From positions 87,606,001 through 87,670,000 of the forward strand of contig OX597818.1 of the NCBI GenBank assembly GCA_951406725.2: 64,000 nucleotides of DNA, given 5' to 3'. Both the position numbers and the translations under genes were made by a program. Below are positions 1-13,672 of this stretch, in pieces. The notes under the pieces were generated by a model. The model worked only from the letters and a program-made list of their open reading frames with translations, searched no databases and was not told the DNA's origin. Position 1 is the stretch's first letter, and each line of letters opens with the position of its first letter. This DNA is from Octopus vulgaris. Its lineage: Eukaryota.

Positions 1-42
1 AATGATGATGATGATGATGATGATGATGACGACGACGACGAC

Positions 43-78
<36 letters not shown>
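1..78. repeat. (GAT)n/(GAC)n microsatellite
   Basis: Directly visible trinucleotide run. Confidence 0.95.
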
Positions 79-299
79 AATTATCTATGAGTGAAATTTT
101 AAAATATTTTATCGCTAAGCGCGTTTCTACAAATTACATGCTTTTGTGACCATACACCACATTCCTGGGATGACTACAGAACAATATGTGATATCCATGC
201 TAGGATATCCATATCCTGTAATATCCATATCAGGTGGGTCTTTATTCATGCGTTCATTTCTTCAGGCGTTATATATATATATGGTGCTGGTGAAGGCGT

Positions 300-2215
300 C
301 GCCACCTTTACCAACGCCATCATCATCACCGTCATCACTACCACCATTTCTACCACTACCGCCACCATCATCACTACCACCATCATCCCCCCGTCACCCC
401 CACTACCATAACCACCACTATCACCGCCAATAGCATCGCTACCATCACCACCACATCACCACCACCACCATCATCATGATTACCAACATCACGGCCTCCA
501 TCATCACCATCACCACCACCACCACCTACACCACTCTAACAGTAACACTAACGCTACCACCGCGTTGCTAGACAACACGACACTACATCCCACACTACCA
601 CACTGTGATAAGACAACTATGCAACTGCCAAAACACCACGCCCCAACACTACTTCTACCCTTCAACCACACCACAGTATCATCATACAGAACCAACACAT
701 AACTACACATACCACACCGTGGTACTTCTTCCATCACTGCACTATGATACTACTACAGTAAGACACCACTGTGTTACACCACGCTACATCAACATACCTC
801 ACCCCGATATCACTGACACCACCTTACTACACCAACCAGAGATGCAGCATACAACATCACCACCATATTATGCGACACCGCCACATCGACATACGTTTCA
901 CCTCGGTACTACCGCACTACACAACATCGATGTACACCATGCTTTGGCACTACCTCATTACACCACTCAAAGATGTTGCACACAACGGCACCGCCAAACT
1001 ACATGACACCACCACATCGACGTACGTTACACCTCGGCACCATCACACTACACGACTCTGATAGATTCCACACTCGCCACCACCATATCAATGTAGCTTA
1101 TGTCTCGATACCACCCAAAGATGCGGTACATTTAGGCGATGCTAATCTACACGACACTTCCACATCGACGTAAGCCACATCATGGCTACTTCACACATCG
1201 GCACCATTACACTACACTGAGAGACACCGCAGCCACCACCGTCATTCGATAGACGCTGCGTCTCGGTACCATCTTTCTACAGCACCCAGAGAGGCAGCAT
1301 GCAACAGTACTCCCATACTACACGCCTCCACCACATTGGCGTACATTACACCTCGGCACTACCAGAATACACGACATTGAGAGACTCCAAACCTGGTCCC
1401 ACCATATCGATGTATTCCACACTACGGCACCATTACATTGACGTATGTCGCATCACGGTCCGACCTCATTGCGCCACATCGAGAGCTGCCACACCACGGC
1501 ACCATCACATTAAACCACATGACACCTCGTCTTCGATGTACCCCCCAATAAGGCACTGAGAATACATCCTCACTACACCTCACAAAGATAAGCCACATTG
1601 CGGCAGCATCATATTACACCACCACAGCACGGCAACACCACACGGCGGCGCAGAAATACCCTAACACCGTGCCACCATTATACTTCATCACTGTATCACT
1701 ATAAACACCACCATCACTACTCTCAGCACTATAATCACCACCACCATCAACAACAACAATAGGAACAACAAAAATACCATCACCAACAAGGCATCACCAC
1801 CACCATCACCATCACCACCACCGCTACCATCATCATCTCCACCCCAGCACGATAACTGCCACAACTACAGCCACTCCCAGCACTATAACCTCTACCATCA
1901 CCACCATCACCATTACTACAACCATCCCCACCATCCTCACCGTCACCACCAGCACCAGTACCACCATCGACACCACCACCACCACTCTCAGCACTATAGT
2001 CTCCGCCACCACAAACACCGCCAGCACCATCACCACCACTACCACCAATGTCACCACCAATGTCACCACCACCACCACCACTGCTGCCGTCGCCACCACC
2101 ATCACCACCACCACCACTACCACCACTACCACCACTACCACCACCACCACCACCACCACCACCAATGTTTATCACTGCACCACCACCAGTGTTTATCACT
2201 GCACCAAACCATCGA
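300..2215. repeat. CAC/ACC-rich low-complexity region with an internal diverged minisatellite (~780-1560)
   Basis: (CAC/CAT/ACC)n runs at ~300-560 and ~1740-2215. Between them the motif ccacatcgacgtacgttacacctcggcaccatcacactacacgac recurs in diverged form near 880, 1010, 1160 and 1330. Confidence 0.8.
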
Positions 2216-2499
2216 ACCGCCACGTCGCTTCTCCGCCCAACAGCAGAAAGCCATAGTCAAAAGTAGTCTGCCAATGTACGACATCTGGTGAGCAACGAAG
2301 CAGTATTGGAATGTAATCTTCTTCTTCACGGCTCATTGAACACACACATTCATACATTCATTCAAGCGACTACAATGGAAGACAGATATTGGCGGGAAAG
2401 GAAGGAGATAATTGTGGTTCAATACTCAGGTAAGGTGTTGATAATTTTATCGATGGGAACTTGACTGTTGTTGCATTTATAACTCGACTGAACTCAATG

Positions 2500-3193
2500 A
2501 TGTAGGAAAAGGAGGAGAAGGAAAAGGAGAATGAGGCGGGGGGGGGGGGAAGAAGGAGAGGAGAAATAGTATGATGGGAGACGAGGGGTGGCGTGAGAGA
2601 AGAGGAATGGTGGAAGGAGAGGGATGAAGAGGGAGAGATAGAATATGAAGAAGGAAAGGATACGAGAGGGAGTGAGGGGGAATATGGTGCGGCAGAGGAG
2701 TAGAGGGAGGGTGGAAGGAGAGGGATGAGGAAGTAAAGGGGGTGAAGAAAAAGGGAATGAAGAAGGAAAGGAGATGAGAAGGGGGAATTAGGAGAAGGCG
2801 GCATAGGAAGAAAGGGAGGGTGGAAGTAGAGGGATGACGAAAGGAGAGGGTGAAAGAGGAAGGAGAGGGGATGAGGGGAATATGAAAGAGAGACAGCATG
2901 AGAAGAGAGGGATGAGGTGGAAGATGAATGAGGTGGGAAAGGGATGTGGGAGAGAGAGAGAGATGAGGTGGGAGAGGGAATTAGGAAGGAGAGAGTATGA
3001 GGAGAGGGAATATTAGGAGGAGAGGGAAGGAATGGGAAGGTGGTGTGAGTGAGATAAGGAATAGGAGGGGGATGAAGAAGGAGAATGCATGAGGAGGTGG
3101 ATGAGGGGGAATATAGGAGAGGAGGGAATTGAAAGGGAGAAGGAGGAGTGACTATAGACAAAATGTCTGTAGAGTACTGGGATCGGTATCCTC

Positions 3194-3236
<43 letters not shown>

Positions 3237-3285
3237 ATCTTTCTTTCTTTCTTTCTCTGTCTCTCTGTCTCTCTCTATCTCTCTG
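2500..3285. repeat. GA-rich polypurine tract followed by (CTTT)n/(CT)n
   Basis: Almost pure A/G on the + strand over ~2500-3150, then (TTTC)n at ~3195-3255. Confidence 0.9.
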
Positions 3286-3719
3286 ACAAGGACGCTGTAC
3301 TTAGCGTGGCTGTGACACTTTTCACCACAGCAACTACCACCGCATGCTTCCACGGGCGATAATCCTTTTGTGCCTGTGTCATTTTGTGACAGACAGCTAT
3401 CACGCAGGAAACGCTGGCTTCCGATTTCTGTTTTCTGATTGGATTAAAAATGATAAAAACTTTGAACCTCTAACTACTTTTGTAAAATTTTCTGGGAGTA
3501 AATGAATCCTAAATCTAGATCCAGCGTGAAAATGGCATCAATATTCCAAATTTGCAAATTTTTACTCAATTTTAAAATTTCAAAATCTGACAGCAACCGA
3601 AAAGATTCCCCAGTTTATCACAGGAAATATTTAACGTTGAGAACTGAGGTTGATGTAATTGACTTTCCACCCCACCACACTCCAAATTGCTGACATTGTG
3701 CCAAAATTTGAAAGAATTA

Positions 3720-4287
3720 TTCTTTTCTTCTCTAGGCGCAAGGCTCGAAATTTTGAGCCTCTTACTGGGGTTTATTAGATCGACACCAGTAAGCAACTGG
3801 TATTTAATTTATCGACCCCAAAAGGACGAAAGGCAAAGTCAACCTCAGCAGAATTTGAACTCAGAACGTAAAGACAGACGAAATACGTATTTCATTACTA
3901 CCCACAAGGGACTAAACACAGAGGGGACAAACAAGGACAGACAAACGGATTAAGTCGATTTTATCGACCCCAGTGCGTAACTGGTACTTATTCAACCCCG
4001 AAAGGATGAAAGGCAAAGTCGACCTCGGCGGAATTTGAACTCAGAACGTAGCGGCAGACGAAATACCTATTTCTTTACTACTCACAAGGGGCTAAACAGA
4101 GAGGGGACAAACAAGGACAGACAAACGGATTAAGTCGATTATATCGACTCCAGTGCGTAACTGGTACTTATCCAACCCCGAAAGGATGAAAGGCAAAGTC
4201 GACCTCGGCGGAATTTGAACTCAGGCAGGCGAAGTACGGCTACGCATTTCGCCCGTCGTGCTAACGATTCTGCCTGCTCGCTGCCTT
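3720..4287 (-). mobile_element. tRNA-derived SINE family A (octopus OK-like), trimeric, with 15-bp target site duplication
   Basis: Minus strand reads a tRNA-like head (A-box-like tggcagaatcgtta in the family, B-box gagttcaaattcc) and body ggtcgactttgcctttcatcctttcggggtcgataaa..taagtaccag. Three units of ~170-220 bp. AATTTGAAAGAATTA flanks both sides (3705-3719 and 4288-4302). Confidence 0.9.
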
Positions 4288-4684
4288 AATTTGAAAGAAT
4301 TACTACTCTTCCCACTGCTGTCGTTGTTGCTCTTTGACTAGTTATTGATGTTATCGGATAAAGGTAGGGCTGGTGGAAGAGGAATTTGAACGAACGGTAG
4401 AATGTCGGATTAAATCCCTAAACAGTATTTCAAACAGTTTTGATCTACCTAAGTTCTGAGTTCGATTCCTCTCGAGGTTAAATTTCTTCTGTGGGTGGTG
4501 GGGTAAAAGTGTCAGGTTACATCTTGGCCTTCAGTGTGAAATTTCGATCTTTTATGTTTGTGTTCATATCCTGCCGAAGTTAACTTTTCCTTTTATTCAT
4601 CCAGAGAACCGATAGAATACATAGCAGCCAAGTGAATGTCCCGTGGTTATGTTAGAAATACAAATAAGGGCTAAAATAATAAAG

Positions 4685-5500
4685 CAGACTGGCGGAATCG
4701 TTTGAAAATCGGATAAAATGCCATATGGTATTTTAGTTACGGCTCTTTACATGCTTAGTTCAAATCCTGCCGAGAACAAAAGTACTGTAATTCGTTTAAT
4801 CGATTAACCATTCCCCTACAATTTGCTGCTTTCTGTGTGTTGGAAAGTCTCATGAAAAATAGATAAGGCGGCGGGCTGGCAGAATTGCTCGTACGCTGGA
4901 CTAAATGCTTAGCAGCGTTTCGTCCGTCATTACGTTCTGAGTTCAAATTCCGCCAAGGTCGACTTTGCCGTTCATTCTTTCGGCATCGATAAAATAAGTA
5001 CCAGCTGAACTCTGGGGGTCGATAGAATCGACTTACATCTCATACGAAATTGTTGGTCTCATGCCAAAATTTGAAATCATTATGAGAAATACATTGAAGG
5101 CTGCGAGCTAGTAGAAATGCTTAGCAGTCTTTGGCTCGTCTTTATGTTCTGAGTTCAAATTCCGCCAAGGTCGACTTTGCCTTTCATCCTTCCAGTGTCG
5201 ATAAATTAAGTACCATTGAAACACTGGGGTCGATGTAATCGTATAGTCCCCTCCCCACAAATTTGAGGCTTTATGCTTCCAGTAGACCGCAAGCTGGCAG
5301 AATCGTTGGCACGCTGGACAAATTGCATAGTGGCATCTCGCCCGTCTATACATTCTAAGTTTAAATTCCGCTGAGGTCAGCTTTGCTTTTTATACTTTCG
5401 GAGTCGATAAATTAAGAACGAATTGCGTACTGGCGTCGATATAATCAACTGGCCCCACGTGCTCCAAAATTTCGACCCCTGTGCCTATAATAGAAAAGCA
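4685..5500 (+). mobile_element. Cluster of about four older SINE family A copies (short-tail type), head to tail
   Basis: Repeated ctggc(a/g)gaat...gttc(t)gagttcaaattccgcc(a/g)aggtcgactttgcc...gtcgataaa at ~4685, 4866, 5097 and 5290. More decayed pieces at 4400-4620. Confidence 0.85.
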
Positions 5501-5509
5501 TTTTAGAAT

Positions 5510-6698
5510 GTCTAATGGAATATAAAATTATTTTTATGCATTTGTGTACATTTAAACTAATTAAATATTATTTGACAGAATAATAGAATTAAAATTTCTT
5601 TCTAACATGGAAGTATCCAAAGAGCATTTGCGGCACATAATGCTTTATGAGTACAAAAAGGAAACTGCAGACGAAGCGACTCGAAACATACACTCAGTTT
5701 ATGGGAAAGAATGCTTGAATGAAAGAACTTGCAGAAGAGATGGTTTGCAAAATTCAGAAGTGGAGATTTCAGCCTTGAAGATTAAGATCGAACAGGACGT
5801 CCAGTTGAGTTTGATGATAAACTCCTTGAGGCATTACTTGAAGAAAATCTTGCATTATCAGTTGAAGAATTGGCAATAAAGCTTAGTTCAAACCATACAA
5901 CTGTTCATCGTCATCTTCAACAACTTGGAAAGGTTCCTAAATTTGGGAAATGGATGCCTCATGAATTATCCGAAAGCAACCGCAAATCCCGAGTTGACAT
6001 CTGCTCTTCTCTCCATTCTCGCGAACTCGTTTCACCCTTTTTGGATAGACTTGTAACTGGTGGTGAAAAATGGATCCTCAATCGAAATGTTAAACGTCGT
6101 AAACAGTGGCTTGGTAAAAGGGAAAAGGCTCAACCACAACCGAGAAGGGAACTTCATGGGAAAAAGGTTCTTCTCTCTATCTGGTGGGATTGCAAAGGAG
6201 TAATTCACTTTGAATTGTTACCACCTAATGCAACAATCAATGCTCAAGTCTACTGTCAGTAATTAGAGCGTTTGAACCAAGCTTTAAAGAAAAAAAAACC
6301 CCGCTTTAGTGAATCGAAAAGGAGTGATGTTTCATCAGGACAATGTGCGACCCCACACTGCAAAGATCACATCACAGAAGATCGAAGAGCTTGGTTGGGA
6401 AAAAATTCCTCATCCACCTTATTCTCCCGACCTTGCTCCTTCAGACTACCATTTGTTTCGTAGTTTACAGAATCATTTTGGGGGACATAACTCTTGCAAG
6501 CCAGGAGGAGGTCGAAACTGACATTTCAGAGTTCTTCGCTTTGAAACCAAGAGTTTTACATTGATGGGATTAAAAAGCTTGTAAATAGATGGAAGGAAGT
6601 CATAGATAATCAGAGAAAGTACATTAATGATTAAATTTCAATTAAATATAACATTTGATCACTTGTTTTCTTTATTCAAAATTCGGACAGAACTTATG
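5510..6698 (+). mobile_element. Mariner (DD34D) transposon with disrupted transposase (5607-6634)
   Basis: ORF pieces give MEVSKEHLRHIMLYEY, WMPHEL, LVTGGEKW (first catalytic D replaced by G), KVLLSIWWD, HQDNVRPH and HPPYSPDLAPSDYHLF. Several frameshifts and stops. Left TIR not recognisable. Confidence 0.93.
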
Positions 6699-6715
6699 GT
6701 ATATATATATACATA

Positions 6716-6841
<126 letters not shown>

Positions 6842-6868
6842 ATACATATATATATATACACATATGTA

Positions 6869-6913
<45 letters not shown>

Positions 6914-7159
6914 TATATACATATACATACATGTGAATAATATATAGTCTAATGACTAATTCGTTTTTGTGCTAGGCCACTGGTAATAATGATTTCTTAT
7001 TACCCTATTATTTATTATGTCTATATATGCATACATATATATATATATATAAACTCGTTGTGGTCAGTTGAAAAATATCTTTACTTTGGATGGAGCTTTA
7101 CTCCTGGATCGTTAGGTTCTTCTAACACCACTGCATAAAATCCTACACTATGTATTCAT

Positions 7160-7190
<31 letters not shown>

Positions 7191-7463
7191 GACAGACACA
7201 CACACACATACATACACACACGCATGCACACACATGCACATCTGTATACATAGGCATGCATTATATGTATACGTACATGTACATATACATACATATAAGT
7301 ATATAAGTATATCTACATGTATTTGCATATATACTTACACATACATATAAACAGATATGCATATTATCTCTGTCTATCTGTCCGTCTCTCTCTGTCTCTC
7401 TCTCTCGCACATATATATATATATATATATATATATGTGCATGTGCATGCATACATATGCAAA

Positions 7464-7512
<49 letters not shown>

Positions 7513-8433
7513 TCACACACACGTACGTACATGTTGGCAAAGGTGTGTATATAATGGGAGTAACTACGAAAAGGAGAGAGAAAGCAGAACGACCTCTACG
7601 TCGTATTAAGTAAGCTAAATGTCCAGAATGATTATATAACACCCTGTACGCTCATATAGCCACAACCCACACACTTAAAAATACTCATACATCGCCTTTA
7701 GATGCGCCACACATATTCCTGGATCAGATACCATTCGATAAAGATAGCAACCAGTATTGATATATTGGTGATTTATAGATTCTCCTCTTTTTCCAGATGG
7801 TATCATGGTAAAATTGGTAGCTTCTGGTGGCCCTTACTTCCTTACCTACTTAGTTTATTTCGACAAATAAGAAGTAACGTGGAAGCATGACGTACGCTAT
7901 AATCATTACGCTCATACGCGGAGACACATATACTGATAATCTCGTCTTCCCATTTGAATTATTCTCCACCACTCCCTTTTCTTTCTTAGGCGAATTCCTG
8001 CACTCAATGTACCATTGCAAACGTTATTAACATGGCTGGCAAAAAGAATGTCGTTAGCTCACAGTAATACGTGCATAGTAGGATTTACGACATGCCATAA
8101 AGCAGATTTGCTTTTAGCGCGTCTTGCATCAAGAGCGATTTTATTTTATTTACGTACTTTCGGCTTCTGTTTATTGTAATGGACATGAACATGGAGATAT
8201 GCAGGGAGAGGGAGATTGCGCGCGTAGGTGTGTGTGCGTATATGTATGTATGTATGCATGTATGTATGTATGTATGTATGTATGTATGTATGTATGTATG
8301 TATGTATGTATCTACGTGTGTATGTATGTTTGTATGTATATATGTAATATATATGTGTATGTATATATAATATATATGTGTATTATGTATATATTATGTA
8401 TACGTAGTATATATATATATATATATATATGTA

Positions 8434-8472
<39 letters not shown>

Positions 8473-8799
8473 CACATCAAAATTATTTGAGGGAATATTA
8501 ATTTTTTCCTTCGCAAATATATATATATATGCATACACACACATGTATACATTTACACCGAAGTTGAGCTACTTCACATTACGCGCTTTTATACATATAC
8601 ATCATAAATGCAAACATATATACATACATATTCATATATATGTGTGAGTGTGTGTGTGCGTATGTTTGTGTATACACATACACATACCTTTAAACACACC
8701 CACTTCTCATACAGTTATATATAGATTATACATAGATTTATGTTTCTCTCTCTCTTCCTCTTCTGTCTTACTGTCTGTGCGCCCATCTCTCTCTCTCTC

Positions 8800-8854
<55 letters not shown>

Positions 8855-8858
8855 GTAT

Positions 8859-8927
<69 letters not shown>

Positions 8928-9143
8928 TACATATGTATATGCATGTATGCATGTATATACACTTACACGTTTTTACATCATCATACAGCGCACACCCGCA
9001 CACCTACATACATATGTGTGTGTGTAAATCACTGGTATGTATATATATTTATTATGAAACTTGAAATATATTTGAATATATACACTCACATACATGCATA
9101 TATGTGGGTGTGGGTGTATACATACATACATAGATACATATAT

Positions 9144-9194
<51 letters not shown>

Positions 9195-9737
9195 CATGTT
9201 TACATGTGTATGTGTGTATACATATGTGCGTGTATTAACGTAGCAATATGTAGATCTACATTCATGCATGTTTGTATATATATCTATGTACGCATGCATT
9301 TGGGCTATTACGTATGAACGTATATACCTCTGTACGTATACACACACAAGCATACACACAGACACACACACACAAACACACACAAATATATGGTGGTCTT
9401 ACAGGAAGCTGTATATAATGTGGAAGATAATGAAAGAGATTTGGTGCTCAGGGGGAGAGTATCGCCTCTAAGCACATCCTTTTGTCGTCTGTGGATTTTT
9501 CTTCTTTTCTAGTTAGTGAAAAGAGTGAAAACTGCATACATCTTATTGTATATTATTCTTTTATCATCATTCTTTAATATTACCATTGTAGCCGTGGAAA
9601 TGGATGCGTCGCGTTCAATTAAATGATATAATATAATATTATATATTAAAGATAAAAATAATTTGTATGGTGTTAGTAACAAAATATTTTGTTATAGAAC
9701 TTTTATCATCGGTCTTAAATTTATTTTCGCCGGTGTA

Positions 9738-9819
<82 letters not shown>

Positions 9820-9861
9820 CATACATATGCATACATATGTATATATATGCACATATACATA

Positions 9862-9902
<41 letters not shown>

Positions 9903-10168
9903 ACATATGTATATATATACACATAAGTATATAAACATATATATATATATACATATACACATATATATGTATATATATATATATATGTGTATATATATAT
10001 AAATATTTGTATATTTATAAACACATATACATATGTATATACATACATATATATATATGCACATATACATATACATATATATATATATATATACATATAT
10101 ACATATGTATATATACACGTATTTATATGTATATATATATATACATATATATATATACATATATATAT

Positions 10169-10215
<47 letters not shown>

Positions 10216-10231
10216 AGTGCACACACATACA

Positions 10232-10319
<88 letters not shown>

Positions 10320-10614
10320 AAGTTGTACATGGATCTGAATCCTAATGAATGCCAAAGTTGATTGAGAGTGGGATAGAAATAGGTCCGTCAACCCATGTTG
10401 CAATGGAGCGATTTGATAGGAAGTTATTGACCTAAGAGATGGGAAATAAGTGCGGCCTATAGGCAGGAGTTTTAATAAGAGATTTGCGCACCAGATTGCG
10501 CGACAAAATGTGGAGTTTTGCGTGCTGCGTGTTAACTTGCATTATTTACACCGCACTTGTTAGTAGCTGTAATAATGCTTTTGAGAGATCAAGGCGTGAA
10601 GCTGACAGAATCTT

Positions 10615-10988
10615 ATTTCTTTATTGCCCACAAGGGGTTAAACATAGAGGGGACAAACAAAAACAGACAAAGGGATTAAGTCGATTGCATCGACCCCATT
10701 GCTCAACTGGTACTTAATTTATCGACCCCGAAAAGATATAAGGTAAAGTCGACCTCGGCGGTATTTGAACTCACAATGTAACGGCAGACTAAATACCTAT
10801 TTCTTTACTACCCACAAGGGGTTAAACACAGAGAGGATAAACAAGGACAGACAAACGGATTAAGTCGATTATATCGACGCCCGTGCGTAACTCGTACTTA
10901 TTTAATCGACCCCGAAAGGATGAAAGGCAAAGTCGACCTCGGCGGAATTTGAACTCAGAACGTAGCGACAGACGAAATACCGGTAAGC
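10615..10988 (-). mobile_element. SINE family A dimer (long-tail type), 5'-truncated
   Basis: Two units of ~180 bp joined at aaatacc|tatttctttac (~10797), the same junction as at ~3887 and ~4067. Confidence 0.9.
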
Positions 10989-11747
10989 AAAAACGATTAA
11001 TCTGTCAAGGAACTAGAACCATGAATACTGGAAAATCGGTGGTGTCCACGTGTGTATATGTCATTGTTCAGTTTTATTTCAAGATTTCTTGCCCATAGAG
11101 AAAGACACGGTTTCTAACTTAGATACAAGGGTATTTTTGTATGTATGTATGACTGTATGTATGCATACGTGCAGATTTGTATGTATGTATGTATGTATGT
11201 ATGTATGTATGTATGTATGTATGTATGTATGTATGTATGTATGTATGTATGTATGCATACGTGCAGATTTGTATGTATGTATGTATGTATGTATGTATGT
11301 ATGTATGTATGTATGTATGTATGTATGTATGTATGTATGTATGCATGCATGTATGTATGTATGTATGTATGCTTGTATGTATGTATGTATGTATGTATGT
11401 ATGTATGTATGTATGTATGTATGTATGTGTATGTGTGTATGCGTGTATGTATGCATGTAGACATGTATGTGTGTATGTATATGTATGTATGGATGTATGT
11501 AAGTACGTATATATGTATGTATACATGTGTATGTATACGTGTATATATATATGTGTGTGCGTGCGTGTGTGAGTTTCACTTAGACATAACGATACTAATA
11601 ACCTGGCGTTCGAACTCAATGTACAGATACTTCGGAATGAAATGTTAGTTGGGTACAGAGAGTAAGACGAAGTTATAGAATTGACAAATAAACAAGAAAT
11701 AGCGTAATGAACTTCATTAGCTCACAGCTGTTTCTGCTAAAAGGCAC

Positions 11748-11935
11748 TGTGTTTATTCCTCTGCCATCGCTTGACAACCGATGTTAGTGTGCTTACGTCC
11801 CTGTAACTTAGCGGTTCGCCAAAAGAGATCGATAAAAAGTACTAGGCTTACGAGGAATAAGTCTTGCGATCGATTTATTCGACTAAAGGCGGTACTCTAG
11901 CATGGTCACAGTCAAGCGGCTCAAACAAGTAAAAG
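11748..11935 (+). mobile_element. SINE family B, 3' half
   Basis: catcgcttgacaaccgatg...gtaacttagcggttcg...ggcggtactctagcatggtcacagtcaa matches the full copies at 49476 and 56196. Confidence 0.85.
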
Positions 11936-11960
11936 AAAATATATATATATTTATACAAGG

Positions 11961-12003
<43 letters not shown>

Positions 12004-12438
12004 GGTGGGTGTATATATATATATATATATAAATTTGTACACACACATGTATGTATGACGTACACACACACACACACACGCATGTGTATATGTTTGAGTG
12101 TCTATGTGTATTACATACAATTCTGGTCACGTCTGAACAATAAAGATAAAATTTTGTATTTCTCGATATTTTGATACATAAACAAAAACTAATTATTTAC
12201 TAGACATTTGCAATTAACAGAGCTGATTAATTGATATTACATATGATATATAGATAATGAAATATCATTCTACTTGGCATTTTGGATACGCCAATCTACA
12301 TCTATATTTAATAATTCATAGAATTATCATCTGTAACGAAAAATGTTACTAACTGGCTTTCCGTAGTAGGAAGATATCAACTCCGTTAAATGTATCTGCT
12401 GTTGTTGTCTAGACAGTTTGTCTTGGTTTTATCAGACG

Positions 12439-12552
<114 letters not shown>

Positions 12553-12631
12553 TATATAGATCATTTGGTAGGCCAGGTCTTGAGAGTCATCCTATGATTT
12601 TATTATGTCGTATCCCCATTTAGATCTAAAC

Positions 12632-13010
12632 CAGCGGTTCTAAACTGGGGTCCATATAAGATTTTTTTTTTTTGCGGGGTTGGGATCTACGCAAGTTAAA
12701 TAGTAACTTGGGGATCTACAGTATTATTTTTGGGGTCTATGAAAAAATTGTGATTTATATGTATTTATTGCAAGAAACAGATAGATCTTTTTTTGCCTCT
12801 AATGTTTTACATAGTTTTATGTTTCCAGTTACTGGAACGTGTTCTCTCAGAGAGTATTGGTGCAAACATATACAAGGGAACATGTGAAAAACGAAATAAG
12901 AATTTTGAAAGAAATGTCAAGAAAACAAGTTTCTAAGCATTGAATAGTTATGGAGGTTCACTGGAGTAAAATAGTAATGAAAGGACTCGATAGGTAAAAA
13001 TGGTTGAGAT
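12632..13010. mobile_element. Probable hAT-type MITE
   Basis: Starts cagcggttctaaactgggg and ends ...aaaaatggttgaga, resembling CAG(C/T)GGTTCTCAAC hAT termini. The right terminus is incomplete. Confidence 0.5.
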
Positions 13011-13096
13011 GATCTAGAGTTACCATAAGCACAGTAGTGGGCAACGTTAAAACACAGCTCTAAGAGTAAAGCATCTATGGCTGAGATACTTCCATA

Positions 13097-13307
13097 TACG
13101 TGGTGGGTGCTGAAAAGTTCTTGGTATGGAATAGAAGAAAATACAAAATACAGAAGGATCACTTAATGATGATTTTATATTCCCCCTCTCAGATTCATGC
13201 ACTTATTGGAGCAGTTCTTCGGTTTTTGTAAAACCTGTAAAAGATCTCGGAAGATTTGGCCATACAGCAATGCCCATACAGCCAGGAACTTTCCAGCACT
13301 CTTCGTA
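13097..13307. mobile_element. Mariner-derived MITE
   Basis: Imperfect TIRs tacg..ggtgctgaaaagttcttgg / ccaggaactttccagcactcttcgta, with TA at both ends. Confidence 0.75.
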
Positions 13308-13336
13308 TTTGCAAAATGTCTAATGAATAATATAGG

Positions 13337-13618
13337 TACAACACCGACATCCGGACAATGATAGTCCGGAACCTCTTATAATCCGCACAAATTTACAATT
13401 CCCATGGCCCCCAGACGAGTTTACTGGTCCCTTGCACAGCACAGTATAAATAAACTTGTATCATTTATACTAAACTTGTATCATTTATACCTGTATTTCA
13501 TTAAAGTATTTAAGTCAATTTAATATTTGTTGTGTTGATCAAGGTGACCACCCTGTTCGGAAAAATCAGTAAACTGGAAAGGATTTGGAATAAAAGGATC
13601 CGAAAGATCAATGTTGTA
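13337..13618. mobile_element. Tc1/pogo-type MITE
   Basis: Imperfect TIRs tacaacaccgacatccgga / tccgaaagatcaatgttgta with TA ends. Internal perfect 20-bp tandem duplication (13451-13490). Confidence 0.6.
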
Positions 13619-13672
13619 GACATTAAAATTATCGTACAAAGAACAAAACAAAGCAAAGCGCAAAAATAATAA

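Noticed and set aside
3720-4287. CRISPR-like or retrozyme-type tandem array
   Set aside because: The units are whole SINE monomers without unique spacers, and no hammerhead core was found within them.
7780-7830. Splice acceptor followed by WYHGKI, like the start of an SH2 domain
   Set aside because: Only six residues match; downstream sequence is not SH2-like and no further exons were found.
11720-11750. Hammerhead remnant (minus strand gaaacagctgt)
   Set aside because: The CUGANGA half is absent, apparently replaced by a SINE, so it is not called.
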